In this document: piece by piece, positions 22,666 to 35,700 of the stretch
Layout of the letters: each line of letters opens with the position of its first letter
How positions within the stretch are numbered: the first letter of the stretch is position 1
Assembly (NCBI GenBank): GCA_030704615.1
Contig: CM060734.1
Span: 11,966,001 to 12,030,000, forward strand
DNA from: Takakia lepidozioides
Lineage: Eukaryota; Plantae; Bryophyta
Length of the DNA stretch: 64,000 nucleotides
Direction of reading: 5' to 3'
Notes under the pieces: model-generated
Databases searched by the model: none
The model's input: only the letters and a program-made list of their open reading frames with translations
What the model was told of the DNA's origin: nothing
Made by a program: the position numbers and the translations under genes

Positions 22666-25183
22666 GACCCAAGCCCCCCACACGGTTATTCTATACCAAA
22701 TCTCAACCTGCATCCGAGCACCATGACATGGCCACTAGGGCAATCACAAAAACCTTCTCACCCAACCACTTCCCGATATTTTTTTTTCCCTCACTCAACA
22801 GCCACCAGCTCCACCATCCCGTACCACATTTGGTACCCATATTCATCCTTCTTTAGTCATCCATTATCCTATCCCACTCTTTACCAGTCTAACCTTCTTA
22901 CCCATGGCCCGTATGGGCGATATAATCTCCCCGTCACAAAATCTAAACATTTCTACCATCACCCCCCTACCCATAATAACGCATACATCAACACATGCCT
23001 TGCATTAATACTGTTGAGATGTGGTGATATCCACCCCAATCCAGGACCGTCCTCTATTAATGAAATTATCCAGAAACTACCCATAGACGCACAAGACATG
23101 TGCTCTATATTTTCAGCCTAACACCACCTCACTCTCACATAGCTACCGACACATTCTTGACCACTTCATACCTTACTTCCCTAACCAACCAAACCTAACA
23201 CACGTACCCACGCACCACATCGAAACTTTCGGGCTACCACCCAACTTATACCCAGCTCTCACTAAGGCCCTCCATAAACTTCGGATGTTTACCACATCTC
23301 AGCTCTTTTTTTCGCTAATCGTCACTATCTCCCCTCTTCCCGAAACTTGTAATGGATATTTCCAGTCACACTCAATCTCCCAACCCCGCTCCCTCCTACG
23401 TCAACTAAAAGGGCTACCTCCGCTCCCTCACCCCCCTCCTCACTGTTTAACCGAGATCCACCGCTCCCTCAAACTCTTAGATTCACAAACCAAGGTGGTC
23501 CACAATATTTTGGGGGACTACCTAGCAACGGTTACCACACCAGATCATGACCAACAAAACATCATTAACAAATTCCCCTCCCTTTCTGCCAATATCCTAG
23601 ACGCCACACTCAATGCCATTACCCCAATACCAGGCTACGACCCCCCACCTACCAGAACTCATGTCACGGAGCCCTTGTCGGCCCCCCAGTCCCATCCCAC
23701 CCCGACCGGGCCCCCCGAGGCCTGCCACAATACACTTACTATCACCTCATGGAATGTGGGTTCCATGGCTACCAATATACAAAGCCTGCTTCACCTCTTC
23801 TCTAACACTTCACAACCACATATCTTCCTTCTACAAGAAACTAAGCTACACACCACCAACACCAGCAGCTCTTATATTAATAAACTCCTACCGGACTATC
23901 ACCTACTATATGGCAACCCCTACACAGCACCTCAATGCCTCCTGCGTCGATCCGCCCCATACAGGCCCACCCGGGGAGGCGTAGCACTAGGGATCCTTCG
24001 CCCTCACTACTCCCCCAGCACTACCACCAAGATAACCGTCCCCATCCCCATCCGCTCACATCTCCAAATAGTTCAACTACACCCACCAGCCTTATGCCCC
24101 ATTACCCTTAATATACACCTATATATGCCCTCTCATGCTGATGATCTCCCCCTTATACCGGACATTCTACACACCATCTCCAGCACAATCACCCATCCCG
24201 ATTATCAGCAACACCATGTTATACTCGCCGGTGACTTCAACAAAGATATTGCACTGTCTGGTCACTCATACAACAGAACCCACAAGCCCCCGTCCTCGGT
24301 GGACCACGAATGGGCTGCATTCACCCAACTCCTTAAACTTAAATACATTCCCGCCGACTATCACTACTCTAGACAAGGTGGTCTCCACTATTCCTCATTA
24401 AGCCTACTTGATGGCTTCTATCTCAGAACCTGTAATGACATCCCAACTTACCTCCAGAGCCATGTCCATATTAATAGCCTCTGCAACTCGGATCACTACC
24501 CGGTGTCTATCTCCCTCCCCTCTTCTCTTGTCCCATTCTGGCCCATCCCGGACTTGCACACCCCACCTCCTCAACCCCGAATTCTATCCCCACATCAACA
24601 TAAAGGCGTTCCAGCATCATTTCCACTCAGCCTCCTCCATCTTCATACACAAAATTACCCCCGGACACTCCGATACCAACGTACGCCTATCCCCTGAGAC
24701 TGCTTGGGCTCAAGCTGAGGGCATACTCACCTCCACGTTACTAGAACTGACTACGAGTGTTCTAGCCACATGCTTGGCCCCCCAGACCTTCCCCAGACAA
24801 CTCGCTCAAAGCAAAACGGTGGCTACCTCACCAGAACACAAAAACGGGAATGGACCGCCCACCTTAATATCTATCACACCATCCGCCGAGCTCTAGCTAT
24901 CATACCCTCCGCCTCGTCCCTCCCGCAGAACGACAAGAGATCTGATCGTCGCATAACCAGCTTAAGTACCTTAACTGTGTGCCACTCACTTATGCCCCCG
25001 CCATGTGACTGCCTCTCTCCCCCAGTGGATCGCCTCCCTATCCAAACTGGGCCAAGACGCCAAAAAAATAGCTTATACCATCACCAAGCACAAAGCCACT
25101 GCCAATCACAAAAAAATTGTTGCTTCTTTTGGCAAATTATTACACGATCACCCCAAAAGAGCCCACAAAGCTATCTTCAATAA
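22400..25183 (+). mobile_element. LINE family 1, copy 2 (5' region, 2A-like peptide, APE; truncated before RT)
   Basis: AYINTCLALILLRCGDIHPNPGP at 22981-23049; APE motifs in ORF 23285..24697. The last residues KIVASFGKLLHDHPKRAHKAIFN match copy 1 (NIVASFGQLLHDHPKRAYKAIFN). Confidence 0.88.
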
Positions 25184-25768
25184 TGGGCAAATGTTTTGGG
25201 TGCCCCATCATGCATCAAATTTGATGGAATTCTTATATTCTTAACAACTACTCTTCTACACAGATATTCCACCCTTCGAAGACAACAAATTGAAAAATGG
25301 CCGATCATTTTTCAAGAACACTTCAAACTGCCAAGTACCATGCATATCCCAGGCAGGTCATGATGACTTTCTAGTATGTTGCACATCCATGCACACCCGG
25401 TTGGCTGATAGACAACCAACAGAGTTCCCTAGAATTACATGGTTGGAGATTCACATTCTCCGGGACACAAAATGAGGAACTGAACAAGCAAGTGAAAACT
25501 GATCTGAACTATGTGAATGGAGAGAACACAACAGATATGTTCAAAGCTACCAAAGATTGCATAAATGAAAAAGAGGAGCAGTTCAACTTTCTTCAGCCAG
25601 AAGTTACAGGCCTCCACTCTCAAGTCCTACTTTATAAGTTTCTGGTACATCTTTAGTTCAGAAGCCCAAACTGAATGCCGAATGCTTGGTAGTCCTTTAT
25701 GGCCACATAGCTGGGTTGAAAGAGGAGTGAGGGGTACATAAACAGCATAATTACATTTGCCATCATTT

Positions 25769-26747
25769 CTAGGCACTGACGATCCGAATGCCGCTCAGAA
25801 CATAACCTCCTGAAAAGCTCATTTGCATATGTGGATGTGTTCGAGATGGAAAAACCTGTGGAATTGAGTAATTGTCTGATGTTAGTCTGACATGGAGGTA
25901 GTTCACTAATCAATGACTTTGTCTGATCTACTGTGGCTAGAAAGCACAACAAATTGGAGTGTCTTCACAACATGCCATCCTCTTTCCAAGAGTAACAATA
26001 AGACATGCTCGACATGCCCCGCATCAAATCCTGTAATAAGAAACCACAGCCTAAGGCCTGAAATGGTCAACCCCAAGTGGAGGTCACTACATAAAAATGC
26101 ACGCGCTGCAACAAGTGACACTAAAAATTCCACACACAAACCAAGACACCTGATATTCACGGAGCCAGGGCTCAGAAAGCTTCAGGGAGACCGCCATTTG
26201 TTCCTTTCGCAATCGCTCCATGCACTCAGCAAGAGGCTGACAACATGCACTACCCTGTAAGTTAGTCTGTGTCTGGTATTCTGCCCTACGTGCACACACA
26301 AAATGCACAAAGGAAGAACAAGTGTACTCAAATAACGTTCCCTCTGATAGCTGGTACATTCCCTAAAGACTAAGTCCCTTATTTATCATACGTATGCCCA
26401 TTGTGCAGTTACACCCATCAAGATATGAAACTTTCCCCTACGCTTGACTACAACTTAAGCTACAGCATTGTCACTCTAAGAATAATTCCAGTTGCTACAC
26501 TAGTCCCTTAAACACAGATGTGACACAGCACTGCCAGACACACAATTGAGAAAACGAAAAGGGGAGATATATTCAATTCAGACTGCAAGCCAGGTAACAA
26601 CTGGAGCAGGAAGGGGGACAAGCAAGTGGTTTTTTTTCGGTGGGAGATAGTAAGATGAAAAAAAGTAACTTCATAACATCCACAGGGGCCTTTGGACGTG
26701 GAACTACAAAAATCAACATCAAAGGACTCCAAACATGTGCGTCAGGA

Positions 26748-26783
<36 letters not shown>

Positions 26784-29700
26784 CTCATAAGACGTTGTTT
26801 GCCGTAGCCTTGTGGCCATTGACCCCGCGCCCAGTTTGAGCGGGAACAAAAGGGACAGAACCTACCTCTGTCAGGGGCTGACGTTGGTAGTAAGACTTAC
26901 CTCCATATAAAGAATTAATCCGGGTTTTCCAGATATCCTCTAGAAATCCCTTCACACAAGCATCAATCTGCTGTGTGTGATTTGCCCAAAAACTAGGCCT
27001 CAGGAGGGCCTGGGCTTTTGGCTCAGCCTCGAGACTTTCAAAGTTGGTAAACAGGGGTACAGGCACAATTCCCTCAATAGATTTGAAGAGAGCGTCTCTT
27101 TGGTGAGAGAACCCCGGACAGTGTATCAGAAAATGACTACTGTCTTCAGATTGCCCACACAACGGGCAATTGCACTCTCCCTTTCCTCTCTGCTTCTGTT
27201 TGCTGTTCAAAGGTAGGCTTCCTGCCCTGAGTTTAAATTTCAGTCTAGTGCCGAGAGTGGGTAGACCCTTGAGGTCATCCAAGATGTCCTCCCCCATGTC
27301 ACAGACTGGAAACAAGTTCAGGGAAGTTTTCTGCCTAACTTCATTTTCATCAGACAATCTCATGGCAACAGACATGGCTGAGGACACTACAGCCTCTAAG
27401 TCAGATTTATCCAGCAGGGTCAAGATTTGCGGATCCAGGTCCAGGTCCTTGAGGATCTCTTCTACTCTCTTCTGCCAGGACTTAGCCTGTTTGACAGGGC
27501 GGTCCTGTTTCCAAGATATAGAGTCGATTAATTTAGGATATCTGGTGTTGGGCATATGTTGCAGCTGACCCCACCATCTGACCTTGAAAGAGAGAGAGAG
27601 AGAGAGAATGTACTAATAAGACGTTGTTTGCCGTAGCCTTGTGGCCATTGACCCCGCGCCCAGTTTGAGCGGAAACCAAAGGGACAGAACCTACCTCTGT
27701 CAGGGGCTGACGTTGGTAGTAAGACTTACCTTGATACATAGAATTGATCCGGGTTTTCCAGATATCCTCTAGAAATCCCTTCACACAAGCATCAATCTGC
27801 TGTGTGATTTGCCCAAAAACTAGGCCTCAGGAGGGCCTGGGCTTTTGGCTCAGCCTCGAGACTTTTAAAGTTGGTAAACAGGGGTACAGGCACAATTCCC
27901 TTGATAGATTTGAAGAGAGCGTCTCTTTGGTGAGAGAACCCCGGACAGTGTATCAGAAAATGAATACTGTCTTCAGGTTGCCCACACAACGGGCAATTGC
28001 ACTCTCCCTTTCCTCTCTGCTTCTGTTTGTTGTTCAAAGGTAGGCTTCCTGCCCTGAGTTTAAATTTCAGTCTAGTGCCGAGAGTGGGTAGATCCTTGAG
28101 GTCATCCAAGATGTCCTCCCCCATGTCACAGACTGGAAACAGGTTCAGGGAAGTTTTCTGCCTAACTTCATTTTCATCGGACAATTTTCTGGTAACAGAC
28201 ATGGCTTTTCAGATCCTTGAGAATCTCTTCTACTCTCTTCTGCGACTTAGCCTGTTTGACAGGGCGGTCCTGTTTCCAAGATATAGAGTCGATTAACTTA
28301 GGATATCTGGTGTTGGACATGTGTTGCAACTGACCCCACCATCTGACCTTGAATTCATCTCGTCAGGAGCTTAAGGAAGGGATGCCAAACTCACCCCGAA
28401 CAGCCACATTGACTGTTTTGGAGCATGCTGACATGTACTCCTTAAGCACCCCCACTTGAACGGATTCTAGAGACTTAGCCTGGTTGGAGTTATCAACCCA
28501 TATTGCAGATCCGTACTCCAAGGCAGGTCTAATAACGCGACAAAGCATGGTTTTCTTAACCTCAGAGTTGACCCCTCTGCAGTGGAAAAATTTAGTGAGC
28601 CCCAGAGCTTTGCCCTTGCCAGTTTGAACAACTTTCCGGATATGTGCATCCCAGTTACAGTTGGAGGAAAACTCAACGCCCAGGTATGTGTAGGAAGAAA
28701 GGACTGGAATCTCTTGGCTACCCCACTGCCACTGATCACCTCCTCCCTCTCCTCAGTCGTTGAATGCCACCACTGCACATTTACTGACATTAGCCTCTAG
28801 CCCCCAAAGATCAAAGTATCTCTTCGCGCAATCAATCAATTCCTGGAGGTTGGAAGGAGTCTCCCCTATGCCTACGAAGTCATCTGCAAACATAAGGGCT
28901 GGTATGGTGGTAACCCTCAACCCAAATCCCTCACTTTCCACATCCTCGAGGAGTTGATTGATGAAAACATTGAAGAGCAGAGGGGAGAGAGTACATCCTT
29001 GAGCTACACCTTGGTCTATGTCAAAGAAGTTGGACTTCTGTCCATTAACAGTGACACAGCTTTTGGTGTGAGCATACAAGTTGTGGACAACTCTCCACAT
29101 CTTTCCCTTGATCCCACAAGACCAGAGGTGGAGCCATAGGCCATCTCTCCACACTGTGTCATAAGCCTTTTTGACATCCAAGAAAAAAACATAAGTGGGT
29201 TTCCCTTCTTTTTTCCTTCCCTGGATAATCTGGCTTAGAGTGAAGATATGATCCACACAGCCCCTGTTTCGCCGAAAGCCAGCTTGGCCTTCGTGAAAAC
29301 AACCTCTAGATTCCAGATCAACCTCGAGACGAGTACTTATAACTCTGCAAAATGTCTTGCCAACAGCATTGAGGAGCATGATGCCACGGTAGTTCCCCGG
29401 TTCTTCTCTGTCACCCTTCTTATATAGATTGACAATGACCCCCTGTCGCCAGCGAAAGGGGATCATTTCAGTCTTCCAGATAAGGTTAAAGAGGAGAACT
29501 AGGGCCTCTATCATGGGATCGCCACCGTGCTTGATAAGCTCCTTGACTATGCCATCACGTCCACCAGCTTTATATCCGTTTAAATGTTCAATTGGTTCCA
29601 CAATCTCAGAAGAACTAATGGGAGCGTTATAAGCCATTGAAATATACTCCAGTTCATCAGGGCTGTTTTGAATCATAGGAACAGTTTTTCCAACTGTGTC

Positions 29701-32700
29701 CCTCCATTCATCAGATTACCCCTCACTGTTAGACCTAGAAGTTCTGCCAAGGATACTGTAGTGAGTTTCAAAGGTTTTGACAATGTCAACCGATGAAGTC
29801 ACCACTGCACCTTTAGTAGTCTTCAGCGCTTGTACTTGCTGACCGTTTTTCGGTTTGTACATACGTTGAAGGGCCAACCAGAATTTCTTGTCATTACCAC
29901 CATGGTGGTTTGAGTTTATTTCACTGTATAACTTGTCCCAGTATAATTTCTTCTGAGACCTAACAAGCTGATTGATATCTTTACGGAGCTGGTAGTACCT
30001 CGCCCACAATTCTCTGTTGGTTTCCAAATTGCAGCACTCTTTATAGAGGGCTCGTCTCTCAGCTATCTTGAGTTTAATCTCATTAGTCCACCAATTAACT
30101 GCTCTACCGCAGACAATTAGTTTCCTCCCAATGATCTTGTCAGCCACGGAGGAAACGAAACTCTCCCAAGAGTCCACTGCTCTTTCGACTTCATTTCTTG
30201 CGTTAACAGAGCGTGACTGAAGTTCTTGGAGCGATTGGACAAAATGAGGGAGAGCCTCTTGCAAGGCCTGGACGTACTCAGCCTTGACCTCCTCACTGTG
30301 GAATTTTTCTATGCGCCACTTCCGAATCGAACGTTTCACAGATCTCTTGGTGGTGGGAAAACACCTTTTGATCTCAGTCCAAACCAGGAAGTGGTCAGAG
30401 GTACCAATATCAGTTCTGTCGATCAACACATTGGCACACTGGGGGAACAAAATTTTGTCCATTATGATATAGTCCACAATGGAACGTTCCCCAGTTTGGG
30501 GTTTCTCACGAGTCCACTGCACTTGGTCACCTCTTGTCCTGTTATTCAAGGTCAAAAGCTGAAGCTCTTCTAGACAGTTAATTAACCGTCTGCCATTAGA
30601 ATTCAGCTCGTCCTCACCAAAAGGTCCAATGATATCGTCCTGATGGATCCCTTTGCCCACCCGGGCATTGAAGTCCCCCAATAGTACCACCTGACCTTTG
30701 GCAAGGAATGAAGCACAGTCCAGCTTTACATCTTCGAAGGCCTTGTCTGCGTCAGCACTAAGGGTCCCCTCTGTGGGCATGTAAACACAACCAACAAAGA
30801 GGTCCTTTGTACTCATGCCGCCCTTCAAATTCAGTTTTAGCCAGATACTATGCTCGTACCTCAAACCCTGTTGATAATTTCACAATTGTCAAACAAGAAA
30901 TCACGGACAAAGAATCCGACCCCTTTTTGACCGCGTTTGGCAGAGGCTGCCTTGAGAGTACACATCTTACCTGCCCATTTATAACCAATGACATCTCCAA
31001 CCAGTTTATCCGACGTTTCCCATGTTTCTTGCCCAGCACAGATATGAATATCATTAGTCCGAAGAACTTGTCCCACTTCAAGTTGTTTCCTTTGGTTGGT
31101 CAACCCTGAGAAGTTGAAAGTGGCCAGCCGCAAGCCAGCCCTTTGCGTGTGAATTGTTTGTCGTCTAGGTAGCTTGTGATTGCTCCTGGACGGCCAACCG
31201 TTCTGCAAAGGGGGACAGTTACCCCATGTGTAGATTTTGCTCGTCTTGTGTAAACTTTGAGAATTGGTAAACCATTCAGGGTACCAAATCTTTCAGTTAC
31301 ACGACGCACAGGCTCCGCACACATAGGGGCAGATTGTCCGTCAGACTGCTTGGGGACAATTATCCCGTGTATAGATTTTGCTCGTCTTGTGTAGACTTTG
31401 AGGATTGGTAAACCATTTAGAGTACCAAATCCTTCAGTTACACGACGTTCAGGCTCTGCACACTTAGGGACAGATTGTCCATCTGACGGCTTGGGGACAA
31501 TTACCCCGTGTATAGAATTTGTTCGTCTTGTGTAAACCTTGAGGATTGGTAAACCATTCAGAGTACCAAATCCTTCAGATTCAGGACGTTCAGGTTCCGT
31601 ACACTTAGGGGCATCTTGTCCTTCTGGCTGTTTGGATTCAACCTCATCCAGAGCATCAAACCGATTAGAAACTCTCAAGTTGAAGTTGTTGCCCTTGGTT
31701 GTCTTCCTAGAGCGCCCCATTGAATCACCAATGTCTAAGACCGCTCTCCAGCCAGTCAAGGGACAAACTTCTTTGAGATTGAATTGATGCGGGACTCTAT
31801 TAGAAGCACTTTTGGTCATTGCAACCTTCAACGTACCCCTGTTATCAAGTCTCGAGATGGTACCATTAGCCATGAAATCCAAGCCTAAGCTAGAGCATGT
31901 AGTTTTAAAGGACACATCGTCCATCCTGGGATTCACCCCAAAAACTACACATGAAGCCCTAGATTTGGCATAAGTAACCAATTCCCAGGGATCACCCTGA
32001 GGAGTGTTGATGTTGATAGGAGCTAAATTTTTGATTGTTTTCGCAGGCCATAAGTTTAAGCACAGGAACCAACCCGAGCCCAAGTGCCGAGTATGCTAGA
32101 CAGAGCATACGACTGCCCAATTTGGGCGGAGGGGCTGCCCCCAAGCGGTAGGAGTCCGCTTGTTACCATTCAGAGATCACACTCCAGGGAGTTGCAGGGA
32201 ATGGCCCGTGTAGGCATATTCTAAAGTGGGAAAGGCCCCAAGCTTTCCAACTAAATCCAATGCACTACCTTACCTGAAGCAAAGCGCTTCAGGTCGAAAC
32301 AAACAAGGACACTGAGGTCACAAGGCCGGCATTTAGTCACAGAGACATTAATGTACTCCCGTTTCAAGTCCACCCAATGTCAATAGGCTTCCTAGAGGAC
32401 AGGGAGAAACACTCTCTAGAGAGAGAGAGAGAAAGAGAGAGAATGTACTCATGAGACATTGTTTGCCGTAGCCTTGTGGCCATAGATCCTGTTCCCAGTT
32501 TGGGTGGGACAAGAGGGAACAGGCACTACCTTTGTGAGGGGCTCACTCCAGTAGTGGGACTTACCTTGGTACAAACAATTGGTTGCGGCTTTACAGATTT
32601 CCCCTAGAAAGCCCTTCACACAAGCATCAATCTGCTGTGTGTGAGCTGCCCAGCAATTACACACCAACAGGGCCAGAAAGAGAGATAGGGCTTGTCTTGT

Positions 32701-35700
32701 CTTGTCTTGACAAGAAAGGATCTGTCTATTCCAGATTAGATTTAAAGAAGAAACAGTAGCTTTCGAGGAAGGCACCATCACATTTCCTTTTGATACAGAC
32801 TTGGCATGTACTCCATATCCATAGAGGTGATCAGGGTAGGTGGTGGTGAACATGTATATGATCAAATACCGGGTTCCCTCCCATCTTAGATTTTCCACAC
32901 AGGTAGGCAGAATGCTTCATGGTCTCTCATGAATTGTTTTACTGCACCATGATTGATAGCTGTGCAATGCAGATTGCTGCTATGTCAACCAGCTTTGTAC
33001 GGCAATTTATTTTCAAACAACACCTCCATCAAGTCGTTGCAAACTTACCACACATGGTTTGCAGGAAACTTGATCATAGAGCTCAGAGCTTGAACAGCTT
33101 AGGTTCTGGAAATGAGCTTGTACAAGGATGCTTGTGAGATCCTAGCGCTGGGCTGCTCCAGGTATTCTCCAGGTGTCGTGAGGATGGCCTCTGGTGGTTG
33201 GTCAAAAGGTGGGAGAGATTGTGACAGGGCACTGCAGGCGATGGACTAGCGAGGCTAGACTTTGGCCTGTGATATTTAGTGACCATGCACTATATCACTA
33301 ACCCAGCAGATTGTAAGAAATTTAAAGTACAGGTTAGATCCCTGGAGAGGGGCACGCCATTGTTATGGTTATCCTTCCCTGGAGTCTTGTCATAGGTAGT
33401 GGCACCATACACTGGTTGCTCACTGCAAGTAAGCAGCTTTCTCATATCTGCAAAACAACTCCATATCCAGCTCTGTGATTTCAGACAAGGACTAAAAAGT
33501 TCATAGAAGAAGAGCGGCCCTCATCTGCCAAAAACACCACAAGCATATGATTTGGGTTGGTAAGGACGTGAGAGGTGAATGGCAGGCCCTATTAAGCTTT
33601 CTAAAATGAACCAAGAAGTATCATGTCCGATAGCAACATGCAGACCCACTTGGGTACAGACGTACAGACATGCAAGGGAGTAGATCACTTAGCCCAAAAA
33701 CCACCTGAAGTGTTTGTGTAGGAAGGGGCAGTCAAATTTTCAACTAGGCTAAAGCCAATATCACTGGTACCTCAGGAAGTATGTGCCTCTCTTCTTGAGA
33801 GAAGACATGACACTAGCCTTTGTTCTGCTATTTCTCCCTTTTTCATATAGTGCTAACTAAGGCAGCGGCCCACTTGCCAGCATTGAACATTTAGGGTAAA
33901 CCAAGCCTGTTTGGAAAGCGGGGCTGTATGCCCTAGCTGTCTTCATAGACCATGTATGCAATAGCAGATAGTGGAAGACACAAAGCCTTAATTTGACTTT
34001 GGCATAAGGAATGATAATCCAAAATAGACTATCAAATTTCTCCTCTAAGAGAAAGATAACAAAATGATATGTGCAGCTCTCAAAAGTATTAGAGAGAGAG
34101 TGAGCAAGAAAAGACAATTTACAAGACATGTACCTTGTAAATGCCTTTGATTAGCAGCACTCCATGGATCACATTGAGCATCCTCAAGACTGATGAGCCC
34201 ATACAATAAAATAATAAACGTAATCCAGCAATGCAGGTAGAGAGGGAGAGACTGTACTCATAAGACGTTGTTTGCCGTAGCCTTGTGGCCATAGACCCTG
34301 CGCCCAGTTTGGGCGGAACTCAAGGGAACAGAAATTACCTTTGTGAGGGGCTCACTGCGGTAGGGTGACTTACCATGGTATAGATTATGAGTTAAGCATT
34401 CCAGATATCATCTAGAAAGCCCTTCACACAGGCATCAACCTGATGCTTGTGATCTGCCCAGTAATTCTTGTTTCGTCACTGTAGGCCTTCTTCTGTGGGG
34501 GATATTCAATTTTCTTACAGCCCAATTGTTTTGGTTTGGTCTTGTGCGGGATTGCTGCAGATACAGCGTAAAGCACTTTTACATTTGTTCCTTTGTTATC
34601 TGACCTACCTTCTGACACAGAGCCTGCACCCGTTCAGCGAAGGACCCTTCCGCTCAACGGAGGTCCCTTCCACAAATGGAAGGGGCTTCCGTTGAGCGGA
34701 CGGGTCGTGTTTACTTCACCCCCTCCACCCTGAAGGGCAAACATAAAATATGCCCTACACTTTGAAAGGTGGGGTCGCCCTTCAAACCCAACACTGGTTG
34801 TAAGGCCAACCAAAATCTTTATCATACTACCATGGTGGTAATTTCTTCTGAGACCTTACTAGCTGATTAACATCTTTGCACATTTGGTAATATCTCGACC
34901 ACAAATCCTTATCGTTTTTAATATTACAGCAGTCCTTATGAAGTGCCAGTCTCTCATCAATCTTGGGCTTGATCTCATCAGTCCACCAATTTACTGCACT
35001 ACCGCAGACAATTAGTTTCCTTCCAATGATCTTATCGACAGCATCGACAGCAGAGGTAACGAAACTCTCCCAAGAATCCACAGCTCTTTCGACTTCACTT
35101 GTTGCATCACCTAAGCAAGAGGAAAAGCCTTGGAGTGATTGCATAAAGTGTGGGAGAGCCTCTTTCAAGGCCTGGACACATTCTGTCTTGACCTCTTCAC
35201 TCTGGAATTTTTCTATGCACCACTTGTGAATTGAACATTTCACAGATCTCCTGTCGTTTAGGATACACCTTCTGATCTCAGTCCAGACAAGAAAGTGGTC
35301 AGAAGTACCAATATCAGTTCTTTCAACCAACACTTAGGCACACAGATGAAACAAATACTTATGCACTATGATATAATCCACAATGGACAGTTTCCCAGTT
35401 TGGGCTTTTTCATGAGTCCACTGCAAAGGGTCTTCTTTTGACGTAATGTTCAAGGTCAAAAGCTGATTTTCTTCCAGGCAATCAATAAACCTCTTGCCAT
35501 TGGAATTCTGCTCATCCTCACCGAAAAGCCCAATGACATCATCTTATTGTAGCCCCTTACCCTCTCTCTCCCTCAGAAAGGTGTGGGATTCTTTGTCTGT
35601 ACTTTTTTTGTGATAATTGTGAAATCATTAGCAAGGAACTTCAGTACAAACACAGTATTTGTCTGAGACTGAAATTGAAGGGCGGCGTGAGGACTAAGGA

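Noticed and set aside
32660-34230. Hidden TRM6 exon or L1 zinc-finger remnant in the intron core
   Set aside because: TRM6 is continuous across YLQ-PLAECM without it, and the L1-like hints are too degenerate to support.
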